A DNA stretch of 49,179 nt from a virus (lineage: Duplodnaviria; Heunggongvirae; Uroviricota; Caudoviricetes), in the IMG/VR virus record IMGVR_UViG_3300021600_000004. One strand, written 5' to 3'. The notes under the pieces were generated by a model. It saw only the letters and a program-made list of their open reading frames with translations, made no database searches and was not told the DNA's origin. Shown piece by piece: positions 1-10,133 of the stretch. Position numbers and translations under genes: made by a program. Position 1 is the stretch's first letter. Every line of letters starts with the position of its first letter.

Positions 1-2
1 GT

Positions 3-200
3 GATAGACAGATATTGAGTTTCGATAGTGATGTTACAGGTGTACAGAATAGTCAACAGATTACAAAACTGTTTGATTTTGGCTATTGTAATGTTCCTAA
101 GAAATATCTAACAGAAGGTATTAAAGACTGGGCTGATCTTGCAAAGATTTATGGTATGAAAACAGTTGAGCAAATATTAAAACAAAAAGGTATTTTATGA
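3..200 (+). CDS. C-terminal part of a TOPRIM DNA primase (truncated by window start)
   Basis: Frame is open from the window edge (DRQILSFDSDVTG...). It has a hydrophobic strand plus DxD motif (FDSD) and a C-terminal KDWAD motif typical of TOPRIM primases. Confidence 0.65.
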   Translation, partial: DRQILSFDSDVTGVQNSQQITKLFDFGYCNVPKKYLTEGIKDWADLAKIYGMKTVEQILKQKGIL

Positions 201-463
201 CAGTAGAATTAAACTATTGGAATCCACTTAGCAGGACGAATCCACGTTCAGTAATTACAAGCCAAAAAACTATATCAGGAGAATCTGATATAGAAATATT
301 TGAAAAGTTTTATAAAGAAAATAATAGTCTTAGATATTGTAACGGAAGTCATTACACTTTTGTTTCTCAAGAATGGGATACTAAGTATAATGAATGGTTA
401 AAGACTCCTGACTATAAACAAAAATCATTTAACTTATACTACGGTAACGGTGTAGTAGATTAA
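197..463 (+). CDS. hypothetical protein
   Basis: 88 aa ORF with ATGA overlap with the upstream stop. Confidence 0.7.
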   Translation: MTVELNYWNPLSRTNPRSVITSQKTISGESDIEIFEKFYKENNSLRYCNGSHYTFVSQEWDTKYNEWLKTPDYKQKSFNLYYGNGVVD

Positions 464-473
464 AAAAATATAT

Positions 474-647
474 ATGATAATCTATTGTCAAATTTGTGAG
501 AGTGCTTGGATTGAAACAAGCGAGGTAATACTAGAACCAGTTTACCGATGTACCATGTGTAATGATCACTTAGAACAGTATGAACCAAATCGTAAACTGT
601 TGGATGAGAATATCAATTATGATTTGGTGGAAGACTATGGAAGTTAA
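474..647 (+). CDS. small putative Zn-ribbon protein (57 aa)
   Basis: Read manually (below the ORF track cutoff): MIIYCQICESAW...YRCTMCNDH..., with two CxxC motifs and an A-rich leader. Confidence 0.6.
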   Translation: MIIYCQICESAWIETSEVILEPVYRCTMCNDHLEQYEPNRKLLDENINYDLVEDYGS

Positions 648-692
648 ATTTAATGATTTTAAATAAATTTTAAATAAAATAATACAAAAATT

Positions 693-872
693 ATGATACA
701 AAGAGAAAACAATTTAGATGATTTGATAGAAGCTATTCAAGATAATATAGAATGGCTATCTACAACAGAAGAAGATGGTGATGTAGAATGCATAGGTATA
801 GAAAATTTAGAAGGAATTTTAGGTTTATTTTTTAACAAAAGAATTAAATTAACAATCGATGAGTCAGAGTAA
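693..872 (+). CDS. small acidic hypothetical protein (59 aa)
   Basis: Read manually: MIQRENNLDDLIEAIQDNIEW...DESE*. A-rich leader; overlaps the next start. Confidence 0.6.
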   Translation: MIQRENNLDDLIEAIQDNIEWLSTTEEDGDVECIGIENLEGILGLFFNKRIKLTIDESE

Positions 873-1650
873 AACAACTTACACAACAACAAAGGGTGTA
901 TTGCTTAATGCTACACTTCCTGCACAGACAAGGACATATAAGCCTGTTACACATGGTCAATTAATAGACCTAACATTAAATGGTATTGAGAAAGCTGGTT
1001 TCAAATTAGATAAGGAAACATATTCAGCTGCTATTGATGGACAAATTGCTAATGGTAAATTTAGTATTAGTAATGTTGCTGATAGTGAAATGCAATTAGA
1101 GATTGGCTGGCAGAACAGCTATAATAAAACGCTTACATTAAAGTTTGCTATTGGTACACGTATATTCATTTGTCAAAATGGTTGTGTATCAGGAGATTAT
1201 GGAGCTTTTAAGAAAAAGCATCAAGGAGGAATTCAAGAATTTACACCACAGGCTATTACAGATTATATAAAGCAAGCAGGTGATTCTTTCCAATTGATGC
1301 AAACACAGAGACAAGATATGAAGCAAATAGAACTTACACGTAGAACTAAGGCTGAATTGATTGGTAGAATGATGATTGAAGAACAATTCATCACATCTAC
1401 ACAATTGAACATCATCACTAGAGAGTTAAAAGCTCCTACGTATAACTATGGTGCTCCAGATAGTCTTTGGGAACTATATCAATTTACAACACAATCAATG
1501 AGAGAGGTACATCCTACATTATGGATGGACAGTCACATTGATGCTCATAAGTTCTTCACTGATTACACAATGGTACCCACTGGTACACTTGCACCAATAC
1601 CAGAAGTGAACTTTGAAGAATTAATGCATAGTCAAATTTCATTATTTTAA
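859..1650 (+). CDS. DUF932-like phage protein
   Basis: YKPVTH...WQNSYNKTLTLKFAIGTRIFICQNG...H pattern, resembling the DUF932 (NS.D/Y...G..R.vC.NG) family. Confidence 0.65.
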   Translation: MSQSKTTYTTTKGVLLNATLPAQTRTYKPVTHGQLIDLTLNGIEKAGFKLDKETYSAAIDGQIANGKFSISNVADSEMQLEIGWQNSYNKTLTLKFAIGTRIFICQNGCVSGDYGAFKKKHQGGIQEFTPQAITDYIKQAGDSFQLMQTQRQDMKQIELTRRTKAELIGRMMIEEQFITSTQLNIITRELKAPTYNYGAPDSLWELYQFTTQSMREVHPTLWMDSHIDAHKFFTDYTMVPTGTLAPIPEVNFEELMHSQISLF

Positions 1651-1651
1651 T

Positions 1652-2371
1652 ATGACTTGGGAAAAATTTAAAGACTTCTTTCACCCATCTTGGCATGTGA
1701 AGATGCAACCGTTTATTGAGAGCAAAGAATGTGATGAAATCTATAAATTCCTAAAAAAAGAGAGTGGGAGGGGCAAGACTATTGTTCCTCTCTCCTCTAA
1801 TGTTTATAGATGTTTTAAAGAAACTTCATTAGATGATTTAAAAGTGGTGATGTTAGGCATGTGCCCCTATCACACATTAAAGAATGGTGAACCCATTGCT
1901 GATGGTTTATTAATGGGCTGCTCTAATACAAACTATCTACAACCTTCTCTTCAACAGTTTTATGATGCTATTGAAAGAGAAATGCATGGAGGATTGAACT
2001 TAAAAGCATATAAATTCCCTGATGTAAGTTATTTAGCTAAACAGGGTGTATTAATGCTTAACGCTGCTCTCACTACAGAGATTAATAAAGCAGGTAGTCA
2101 TATGGCATTATGGGAACCATTTACCAAATATGTGTTTGAAGAGATATTAGCTGTTACAGGTGTACCTATTATATATCTAGGTAAGGAAGCAGCTAAATAT
2201 GAAAAATATGCTTCACCATTCTCTTGGTCATTTCCTATAAGTCATCCAGCTAGTGCTGCATATAAACAAGATGAGTGGAAAACAGAAGGTGTGTTCACAA
2301 AGGTGAACAAGATATTAAAAGACAATAACAATTTTAAAATCAATTGGATGCTAGAAGATGCTCCATTTTAA
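1652..2371 (+). CDS. ung: family-1 uracil-DNA glycosylase homolog with altered catalytic motif
   Basis: KVVMLGMCPYH (cf. GQDPYH), ADGL, GVLMLNAALT (cf. GVLLLNTVLT), SH...WEPFT and SHPAS (cf. HPSP). Confidence 0.85.
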   Translation: MTWEKFKDFFHPSWHVKMQPFIESKECDEIYKFLKKESGRGKTIVPLSSNVYRCFKETSLDDLKVVMLGMCPYHTLKNGEPIADGLLMGCSNTNYLQPSLQQFYDAIEREMHGGLNLKAYKFPDVSYLAKQGVLMLNAALTTEINKAGSHMALWEPFTKYVFEEILAVTGVPIIYLGKEAAKYEKYASPFSWSFPISHPASAAYKQDEWKTEGVFTKVNKILKDNNNFKINWMLEDAPF

Positions 2372-2380
2372 AACAAGTTT

Positions 2381-2689
2381 ATGAAAATAGTAAAAGTTGA
2401 AGAATTAGAAAAAGGTGATGAGATACTGATTGGTTCAGGATCAAAATTTAAATACTTACGAGTGTTAACTGAACCAAAAGTTAGCAGTAAGAAACATTGG
2501 GGTGATCCAACTAGAGTGTTATACAAATCTGTAAAATGTTCTACAGCAGAAGAAACTTATAAAGTGGTTTATCGTAGTAATGCATATGATCGTAAGCGTT
2601 GGGTACTTAGAGCAGAAGATCATAATAGGATTATCTATCAAAATTTAAATGACAATGATATATTATTAATTAAAAAAACATCATTATGA
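2381..2689 (+). CDS. hypothetical protein
   Basis: 102 aa ORF in a tightly packed operon. Confidence 0.7.
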   Translation: MKIVKVEELEKGDEILIGSGSKFKYLRVLTEPKVSSKKHWGDPTRVLYKSVKCSTAEETYKVVYRSNAYDRKRWVLRAEDHNRIIYQNLNDNDILLIKKTSL

Positions 2690-3003
2690 GAAATTTACAA
2701 GTTTGGGTAAACAATGATTCTAATCATCCAGATCATTTAGAACATGATTACAACGTAACAACAAATGGTTTTAACAATGAGATTGAATTATATTATTCAA
2801 CATCAAGTGGATGGGCTGATCCAGATTCACTTATAGGATCATTGTCAGACCATGGTAATGGTATTGAGATAGTCTTATCAGGAAGAAAGAAGATGTTAAA
2901 ATTAGACTATGCACAAGCACAAGAGCTATTAGTATTATTAACTATGATTCAAGATGCTAAAATAGAAATAAGAGAATCTACAACAATTAAAACTATAGAC
3001 TAA
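2686..3003 (+). CDS. hypothetical protein
   Basis: 105 aa ORF with ATGA overlap. Confidence 0.7.
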   Translation: MRNLQVWVNNDSNHPDHLEHDYNVTTNGFNNEIELYYSTSSGWADPDSLIGSLSDHGNGIEIVLSGRKKMLKLDYAQAQELLVLLTMIQDAKIEIRESTTIKTID

Positions 3004-3362
3004 TGTACACAGTAAGAAATGGAGAAGATTTACAAAGAGGTGATTTAATTGCTGTTGCTGGTGAACGTCAGATTGAAATTGGTATATACTTTGGGAGAGG
3101 AACAGGAGGCACAGTTCAATATTATAATATAAGTTCAGCTCCTGGTTTTGAATATAGACATAATGAAAGAACAAAAAGCTTAGGTGCAGAAAAAGTAGGA
3201 CCTTTCAAACTTAACCATATATGGAAAAGTTATGTTAACAGTCCATCTGCATGGAGATTTATGAAATTATATAAGAACAACATAACAAATATAGAAGACT
3301 TAACACAAATAGAAGAATCAAAGAGAATATTAGAACAATTTGGAATCACAGTAAATTATTAA
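3003..3362 (+). CDS. hypothetical protein
   Basis: 119 aa ORF with TAATG overlap. Confidence 0.7.
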   Translation: MYTVRNGEDLQRGDLIAVAGERQIEIGIYFGRGTGGTVQYYNISSAPGFEYRHNERTKSLGAEKVGPFKLNHIWKSYVNSPSAWRFMKLYKNNITNIEDLTQIEESKRILEQFGITVNY

Positions 3363-3365
3363 AAC

Positions 3366-5729
3366 ATGATCTTAGAAAAACAAACAGAAGCACACATTTT
3401 ACAAGAAGGAAATTCCCAAGACACAATTGGGATGTCACTAGACTTAGATTCTGCACAAGTTTTGATGCAGATGTTAAGTAAGAATTTATATTCTGATGCA
3501 ATAGGATCTACTATTCGTGAGTGTGCAAGTAATGCATTGGATAGTCATAGAAGATCTGGATGTGATAAACCTATCATTGTTTCTTTTAAGAGAAACATAA
3601 AAGCAGACACCTATGAGTTTGCTGTTGAGGATTTTGGTATTGGTCTTGATGCTGATGATGTAAAGAACATTATTAGCAAATATGGTAAATCTACTAAGCG
3701 TAATAGTAATACAGAGCTTGGTATGATGGGCTTAGGTTTTAAAGCACCTTTGGCTTATAGTTCTAGCTTCTATTTCGTATGTAGAAAGGATGGTATGGAA
3801 CGTAAGTATATGATGTATGAGGGAGAAGATACAAATAGTATTGACCTTTTGTATGAAGCAAAGACACATGAGTGTAATGGTGTAAAAGTGATTGTTCCTG
3901 TAGAATATTATGACAGACATTCATTCACTAAAAAGATCAAAGAGCAATTAGCTTATTTTGAGAGTGTATATTTTGATGTAGACCAATCTATTGGTTATGC
4001 TGTTCCTAATGATTTTGTTATCCATAGAGCTGAACATTTTCAATTCTCTGGATTAGCACAGAATGATTATATGCATTTATGCTTAGACAATGTTAGCTAT
4101 CCTATTGATTGGGAAAAGCTTGGTATTGATAGAATAGATATTCCTGTAGCATTGAGATTTACATTGAGTGATGGTTTATTTCCTACACCAAATAGAGAGG
4201 CTATCAGATATACACAAGAGGCTAAGAAAACAATATTAGCTAAAATAGCTAAGGTGGCAGATATATTCATGGAGAAATTCAATGAATCTATTTCTGTAAA
4301 AGCTGATGCAAAATCTGTTTTAGAATTCTATGGTAGTAGAAAAAGAAGTGTTGATAGTTTCTTTAATAGTGGTAAAGATAGAGTGGATATCAAGGAGCTT
4401 ATGAAATATGCAACTATTCCTATGATACAACCTAAACTAGAAGGAATTGACTTATTAAACCTAGAAAGACTTGCTACCACCACTAAAGATTATACATTAG
4501 GTGAATATAAACTTAAGTTTAAATTTAATAGTGGAAGATTTACAACTGTTAAGAACTATTATTATGACTGTATTAGAACAGAAGATCTTACAAGCTATAA
4601 TGCAGGAAATGTTTATTTGTTTTCTGATAAGCTTACTAAAGGTAAGCAAGACTATCTAAGAACTCAAATAGCAAGTGATAATAAAAATCACTGGTTTTGT
4701 AAGAAAGAAACTTTCAAATTAGGTAAAGCTAGTAAGACTGATTACAAAACTTACTATTCTATTTTAGATCTTGGTCTTTATCCAAAAGCTCAATGGAGAC
4801 AAGTGATTAAGGAATTTAAGCTTATTGTAAGCATGATTGCTAAAGATTTCATTGATTTAGATGCTATTGATATTCCACAAACATGGATAGATCAACAAAA
4901 GGCTAAAAGAATGAAGGTGCTATCTTCTACCACCACCGCTAGTGGTCAAAGGAAGGTGAGACTTAAAGGTGAGTTCTCTGGTAAATTAGGTTCAAGGTTA
5001 GAAAAGTCTGTAAATGACCAAAATTGTAAGTTTGTTCCTACAACATTTAAATTAGAAGAAGCTCATAAACTAAAGAAGTTGCATGTATATGCTAAAGAAG
5101 AAGACAAAAAGAAGATGGATTGTCTCTGGTCTGCTTTTAATGAGCAAGCTAATTTAGTTCTTGTTGCAGAAAATACATTTAAAAACTTAAAGGAGGCAGA
5201 TTTACATAACTGGATAACTATGGAAAAATTTATGGAAGGTAAGAACAGACCATTTAGAACAATGGCTACAGAGTTTCTTATTGAGGAATTTGTAGGAAAA
5301 TATAAAGCTACATTTAACAGAAGAATAAGACTTTCTTCTATATCTAAAGACTTAAGTGATAAATTAACTCTTTTACAAAACTATCATAGTAAATATCAAC
5401 AAAGATATGCAGATGATAGTACAAAGAAAGAAATCATAGATTTAGCTACAGAGCACAACCTATTCGATCAAGAAATATACACCATATATAAGGGTGCGAA
5501 AGAAGTGTTTATAAAACTTCCTTTCTTGAATGCAATAATGGATCAACTACCATATAGTAGTGGTAATGATGTTGATTATAAGGATGTATTGAATCTTGCT
5601 ATTGCTGATTTGTTTAAGTATCACAAACACAGAGTGAATCTTGAACATTACACAATTAAGCTTAATGAAGATGCTTCCTTGGAAGAAACTCTGACAGATG
5701 AATCTATTGAACAATTACAAACAATTTAA
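3366..5729 (+). CDS. rIIA: rIIA-like protein with N-terminal GHKL ATPase domain
   Basis: LYS...IRECASNALDSH, VEDFGIGL, GMMGLGFKAPLAYS (GHKL boxes in T4 rIIA style); 787 aa; followed by an rIIB-like gene. Confidence 0.85.
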   Translation: MILEKQTEAHILQEGNSQDTIGMSLDLDSAQVLMQMLSKNLYSDAIGSTIRECASNALDSHRRSGCDKPIIVSFKRNIKADTYEFAVEDFGIGLDADDVKNIISKYGKSTKRNSNTELGMMGLGFKAPLAYSSSFYFVCRKDGMERKYMMYEGEDTNSIDLLYEAKTHECNGVKVIVPVEYYDRHSFTKKIKEQLAYFESVYFDVDQSIGYAVPNDFVIHRAEHFQFSGLAQNDYMHLCLDNVSYPIDWEKLGIDRIDIPVALRFTLSDGLFPTPNREAIRYTQEAKKTILAKIAKVADIFMEKFNESISVKADAKSVLEFYGSRKRSVDSFFNSGKDRVDIKELMKYATIPMIQPKLEGIDLLNLERLATTTKDYTLGEYKLKFKFNSGRFTTVKNYYYDCIRTEDLTSYNAGNVYLFSDKLTKGKQDYLRTQIASDNKNHWFCKKETFKLGKASKTDYKTYYSILDLGLYPKAQWRQVIKEFKLIVSMIAKDFIDLDAIDIPQTWIDQQKAKRMKVLSSTTTASGQRKVRLKGEFSGKLGSRLEKSVNDQNCKFVPTTFKLEEAHKLKKLHVYAKEEDKKKMDCLWSAFNEQANLVLVAENTFKNLKEADLHNWITMEKFMEGKNRPFRTMATEFLIEEFVGKYKATFNRRIRLSSISKDLSDKLTLLQNYHSKYQQRYADDSTKKEIIDLATEHNLFDQEIYTIYKGAKEVFIKLPFLNAIMDQLPYSSGNDVDYKDVLNLAIADLFKYHKHRVNLEHYTIKLNEDASLEETLTDESIEQLQTI

Positions 5730-5741
5730 AAAAACAAAAAC

Positions 5742-7274
5742 ATGCTAAGTTTAAAGTGGTTTAAAAGTGCTATTGAACGCACAATCGAAAAAGTAGTAGA
5801 GAACAAAATTGAACAAGCGTTCGATGAATTAGGTAAAGAAGAGGGAGCAGAAGCTCCTTCTTTCACTCCTGCAGGTGGTAAGCCTTATGCTAACATCAAA
5901 ATGGTAAATGACAATTTAACTATTGTGTTAAATGATGGTAGTATTCTTACCAAGTCTAGTGCAACATCAGCAGATTTTCATAAAGCTAGGGAGTGTAAAA
6001 CAGAACTTTGCTTATTGAATATTGTAGGTGCAGCAGAAGTGGTAGAAGAAAGAGTGAAAGCAGAGGCTGAATATAAGAAAGCTAAAGCTGTTCAACAAGG
6101 TGCTGAATATCTAGCTAAGTTTGATGATTTTGAAATGATTGGTGGTTCTTTGTATATAAAAGGAATCAACAGAAGTCTTCCTACAATTATGGTAGAAGAG
6201 TTCTTATCAATCATCGGTAGTTATCCATTTAGCAGTACATTAGATGAACGTGAGTTAAATGATTTAATCAAACAAGATGAAGAGTATGTAGCTTTAAAAC
6301 GCTTCTTTATGTGGTGTTGCTTGAATCCAAGAGCTGAGGTTGCTAATGAGTTGTATAGATTCTTAAAAGACAACAGCTTCAGAATCACTAAACAAGGTTT
6401 CTTTGTAGCTCTTCGTAATGTTGTTACATTACATGGATCTCCTGAGCTTGTACATTTCATAAGCAATGCTTATAATAAAGTGAAAGCTGTATGGAAGAAG
6501 AAGCCTAATGAGTATTTTGTCTTCTTACAGAATGGTGAATATAAACTAGTTCACACAGAAGCTATGTATGAAGGTGGAATGATTGATTGTGAGAATTGTG
6601 ATGGAACAGGAACTGTTTCTTGTGATGATTATGATCAAGATTATGCAGATGATAACGATGATAGCTGTGATTGTCCAGAATGTGATGGTGAAGGTAGATA
6701 TGAGGATATTGTTACTGTTAATCATGGTGAGAAAATTGGTAACCTAACAGAACTCTATCTAGATTTGCCTAATAGAGCAGAGAATAGATTTACAGATGAT
6801 TGGACCAAAACATTTGATATTCGTATTGGTAGACCTGTAAGTATGCCAATGGGTGATTGTAACTGGAGTACACAAGATTGTGCTGCTGCAGGATTACATT
6901 TCACTAGTGACCAAATTCATTATGTAGGATGTGGTGATACAAGCGTACTTGTTCTCATTAATCCAATGAAGGTGGTAGGTATTGGTACTGCTAAAGGTAG
7001 ATGTTATGAGTATTTACCAATCATGACTGTTCCTCGTGATGAAGCAACAGATATTTTACATGACCTTGAATTTGATACATTAGAACTTGATGAAGCTTAT
7101 GCTGTGCGTGAATTAGATAATTTAGCTGAGAAAGCTAAAGAAGGTTTCACTGCAGAGGCTAAGAAACATGATTTCAATCTACCTGCTTTATCTGCTGTAG
7201 AGATGTACACTATTGTAAAGAGTCTTGATGAAATTAAGCATGAAATTTCTAAAAGAATCGTAGAAATAGATTAA
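5742..7274 (+). CDS. rIIB: rIIB-like protein with inserted DnaJ-type Zn-finger
   Basis: LNP.....ELYRFL....F.IT..G.F.A, FDIRIG..V.MP and C.AGLH motifs; CENCDGTG and CPECDGEG insert. Confidence 0.8.
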   Translation: MLSLKWFKSAIERTIEKVVENKIEQAFDELGKEEGAEAPSFTPAGGKPYANIKMVNDNLTIVLNDGSILTKSSATSADFHKARECKTELCLLNIVGAAEVVEERVKAEAEYKKAKAVQQGAEYLAKFDDFEMIGGSLYIKGINRSLPTIMVEEFLSIIGSYPFSSTLDERELNDLIKQDEEYVALKRFFMWCCLNPRAEVANELYRFLKDNSFRITKQGFFVALRNVVTLHGSPELVHFISNAYNKVKAVWKKKPNEYFVFLQNGEYKLVHTEAMYEGGMIDCENCDGTGTVSCDDYDQDYADDNDDSCDCPECDGEGRYEDIVTVNHGEKIGNLTELYLDLPNRAENRFTDDWTKTFDIRIGRPVSMPMGDCNWSTQDCAAAGLHFTSDQIHYVGCGDTSVLVLINPMKVVGIGTAKGRCYEYLPIMTVPRDEATDILHDLEFDTLELDEAYAVRELDNLAEKAKEGFTAEAKKHDFNLPALSAVEMYTIVKSLDEIKHEISKRIVEID

Positions 7275-7279
7275 ATTTG

Positions 7280-7313
7280 TAGCCCTAGGGATTAATTTCT
7301 CTAGGGCTATTTA
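7280..7313 (+). terminator. putative intrinsic terminator hairpin after rIIB
   Basis: TAGCCCTAGGGA-ttaattt-cTCTAGGGCTA followed by TTT. Confidence 0.7.
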
Positions 7314-7323
7314 ATTATTAACT

Positions 7324-7728
7324 ATGATAAAGAAAAACGCTACAAAAAGAAGAGCAAAGATTCCTAGAGCTAAAACTCCCAAGGCTAGAAATGCTGGTAC
7401 AATGACTGAATCAGCCTTCTGGAGCTTCATTAGAAGTGCCCTTAGACAGAAATCTCGTTGGTGGAAACCTATTACAGAATGTAAGCTTAAAGCTAAACGT
7501 GCATATAAAGGACCAAACAAGAGACAGAAGTTTGAATACAAATGTGCCTCATGTCAAAATTGGTTTGCAGAAAAGAACATTAATGTGGATCATATTTCTC
7601 CAGCAGGAAGTCTTAATTGTGCACAAGACCTACCAGGATTTGTAGAAAGACTGTTCTGTGAACAGGACAACTTACAAGTTCTTTGTACAGCATGTCATGA
7701 TGTAAAAACAAAATTAGATAAAAAATGA
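7324..7728 (+). CDS. HNH endonuclease
   Basis: CASC...VDHISP...NLQVLCTACH: canonical HNH with Zn ligands. Confidence 0.85.
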   Translation: MIKKNATKRRAKIPRAKTPKARNAGTMTESAFWSFIRSALRQKSRWWKPITECKLKAKRAYKGPNKRQKFEYKCASCQNWFAEKNINVDHISPAGSLNCAQDLPGFVERLFCEQDNLQVLCTACHDVKTKLDKK

Positions 7729-7979
7729 GTGATCAAGTAAAGATTGAAATCAACAAAACACCTTCATTTACAGAAGTTTGGTATGAAGGATCTGTTACAC
7801 TGGGTGAAGAAACACATCAGTTCTGGTTAATACATCCACAAGGAGTTGATCCTCATGGAAATGAGTATGAAGTGGATGTTAGATGGTTCTTTGCTAGGGT
7901 ACCAAGAGAAATAAGGGCTATGAATCCTTTTATTATTGACGCATTTAAACAGAAACAGAATGATACAAGGACAAGTTAA
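7725..7979 (+). CDS. hypothetical protein
   Basis: 84 aa ORF with ATGA overlap. Confidence 0.65.
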   Translation: MSDQVKIEINKTPSFTEVWYEGSVTLGEETHQFWLIHPQGVDPHGNEYEVDVRWFFARVPREIRAMNPFIIDAFKQKQNDTRTS

Positions 7980-9000
7980 GACAGAAGCTCAATATAGAGC
8001 TGTAATAATGGATAGTTCCTCAAGTTTGAAGGAATTCTCTACAAACCGTAAGAAATACTATAAGAAGTATGTTCTTAATGAAAGAGTGGAAGAAGAGGAT
8101 AATAAAGCTGCTACAACAGGAAGGGTAGTAGAAACACTACTTTTAGAACCTGAGTTATTTGATGATAAGTTCCATCTATCTGTATGTTTAACAGCTCCTA
8201 CAGGGTTAATGTTAGCTTTTGTAGAAGCATTGTATAAACACACAGCAGAAGCTACAGATGATGATGGTAATGTTACCAGAAACTTTGAAGAAATAGCCAA
8301 AGATGCACACGTTGATAGTGGATTTAAAATCAAATTAGATGCTGTTCTTGCTAAGTTTATAGGAAGTGATGCAGAAGTGTATTACAAAGAAATAAGAGAA
8401 GTTAGAGCTAAAGGTCTTACAGTGGTAACAACACAAGAGATTGATAATGCTACAAAGATTGTAGAAGAACTAAAGACTAATCCTATCACTGCAGAAATTG
8501 TAAACTTAGTTAATAGTTCACGATATTCAGTGTATAATCAATTGCAGGTTGAAGGATATAGTGTCAATGGACATTTGTTCAAATCTATGATGGATAAAGT
8601 GGTGGTAGATCGTATAGAGGAAACAGTTCAGGTGTACGATCTTAAATGCACATGGTCTGTAGAAGGATTCTATGAAGAATACTATCTCTATCGTAGAGCA
8701 TATATCCAAGGCTATCTATATTTTCATGCTGCAGCATATTGGGCTAATAAAATGGGTTTTGATGAATACCAAATATTATATCCACAATTCATAGTTTGTG
8801 ATAGCACAAATTATATGAGTCCATTAATTTATACAATGAGTGCTGATTCTATGGAACTTGCAGAAGAAGGATTCTCACACAAAGGAAAAGATTATCCAGG
8901 AGTTTATTCTATCATTGATAGTCTTGATTGGGCTGTTGAATTTGATGTATGGAATATTACTAGAGATAATTATATTAATAATGGGGTTGTAAACTTGTAA
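7960..9000 (+). CDS. PD-(D/E)XK exonuclease (RecE/Exo VIII C-terminal-like)
   Basis: SSSSLKEF, G..VETLLLEP, FKSMMD...VYDLKCT, Y...Q...Y motifs. ATG at 7960 is preferred over the 7936 start. Confidence 0.75.
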   Translation: MIQGQVKTEAQYRAVIMDSSSSLKEFSTNRKKYYKKYVLNERVEEEDNKAATTGRVVETLLLEPELFDDKFHLSVCLTAPTGLMLAFVEALYKHTAEATDDDGNVTRNFEEIAKDAHVDSGFKIKLDAVLAKFIGSDAEVYYKEIREVRAKGLTVVTTQEIDNATKIVEELKTNPITAEIVNLVNSSRYSVYNQLQVEGYSVNGHLFKSMMDKVVVDRIEETVQVYDLKCTWSVEGFYEEYYLYRRAYIQGYLYFHAAAYWANKMGFDEYQILYPQFIVCDSTNYMSPLIYTMSADSMELAEEGFSHKGKDYPGVYSIIDSLDWAVEFDVWNITRDNYINNGVVNL

Positions 9001-9005
9001 GTGTA

Positions 9006-9557
9006 ATGGATATAAAAAAGACCATCACTAGTATATTTATTGTACCAACACTGAGTATCGGAAGAGAAAGGTTGTTGGACAATGGATATATTAATGGATA
9101 TATAAAAGACAATAGAAAAGATGTCCAATATGACAGTTGTGTCTATCTATTGTTCAAACCAAAAGATCTGGATAAGTTCAGAGACTTTTTGGATGAAGAA
9201 TATGAAAGAACTAAATCTATAATAGATGATTATGATTATGAAGATGGTTTTGTTGTAATTGTATACAAGCTTCATGAGAAACTTAAATCAGATATTGAGT
9301 TAATAAAACAAGGTAAATATTCTAAAACCTCTAAGAAGTTTCAAGAGATATTTCCAAAGATTGTTAAGTTGCAGAAGAATGGTTTACATAAAGATGAAAT
9401 CAGTTTACAATGGAGAGCTTTCAATAAAACTCCTGATCTGAAAGAATATTGGCAGGAAAGACTTGGTGTAAGTTTTGATGAAGATATGGAAGTCTGGGGA
9501 GGTTTTATTGAAGAGGATGAAATTCTTAACCTTGATAAACTTAAAGAACATGTATAA
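9006..9557 (+). CDS. hypothetical phage protein
   Basis: 183 aa ORF in the replication block. Confidence 0.75.
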   Translation: MDIKKTITSIFIVPTLSIGRERLLDNGYINGYIKDNRKDVQYDSCVYLLFKPKDLDKFRDFLDEEYERTKSIIDDYDYEDGFVVIVYKLHEKLKSDIELIKQGKYSKTSKKFQEIFPKIVKLQKNGLHKDEISLQWRAFNKTPDLKEYWQERLGVSFDEDMEVWGGFIEEDEILNLDKLKEHV

Positions 9558-9759
9558 CAAAGAGATATTAGCAGAGCTAGTAAGACAATTTGGTGAAGAA
9601 AACACCATTATATTCTGTCAAATGGAAAGTGTAAAGAATTCATTGTTAATGGATAGCAACAATGAGAATGAATTTGATTATGAGAGAGACTGGTGGAAAG
9701 AGAATGGTAAAAAATTAGAAGGTACAAGAGTAATTAACCTTAAAAAAGAAAAAGCATGA
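9550..9759 (+). CDS. hypothetical protein
   Basis: MYNKEILAELVRQF...; the ATG at 9550 overlaps the upstream gene end. Confidence 0.65.
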   Translation: MYNKEILAELVRQFGEENTIIFCQMESVKNSLLMDSNNENEFDYERDWWKENGKKLEGTRVINLKKEKA

Positions 9760-10133
9760 ATAGTTTAGAATTATTAGAAACGTATAGTAAAGCTGGTGCT
9801 GTTATAAAGAGACATTATTTAGAATTTATGTTAGAATCATTAAACGATGATAATCTACCAGATAATTTTAAAGATTTTGTTAGAGAGCAAGGAATTGATA
9901 ATGATAAAATAGCAGCTATTATAGATTCAGCTCCTAGAGGATTGTTTGATGTGTTTGATAATCATGGAGTGTATATAGAAATACTTTTAGATTACAAAGA
10001 GAGTGTAATATTTACATACACTGTTAGAAATCTAGATGTGATGTATACAGAACCTTTTAAATACAATACAAGAAAAGAATCTGAATTAGCAGCTGTAACA
10101 GAAGCATTTAAAATTTTAAATGATAAGTTATGA
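9756..10133 (+). CDS. hypothetical protein
   Basis: 125 aa ORF with ATGA overlap. Confidence 0.7.
   Translation: MNSLELLETYSKAGAVIKRHYLEFMLESLNDDNLPDNFKDFVREQGIDNDKIAAIIDSAPRGLFDVFDNHGVYIEILLDYKESVIFTYTVRNLDVMYTEPFKYNTRKESELAAVTEAFKILNDKL

Noticed and set aside
7272-7279. TAAATTTG as a promoter -7 box after rIIB
   Set aside because: There is no -33 TTTG at proper spacing, and it overlaps the stop codon directly before a terminator.
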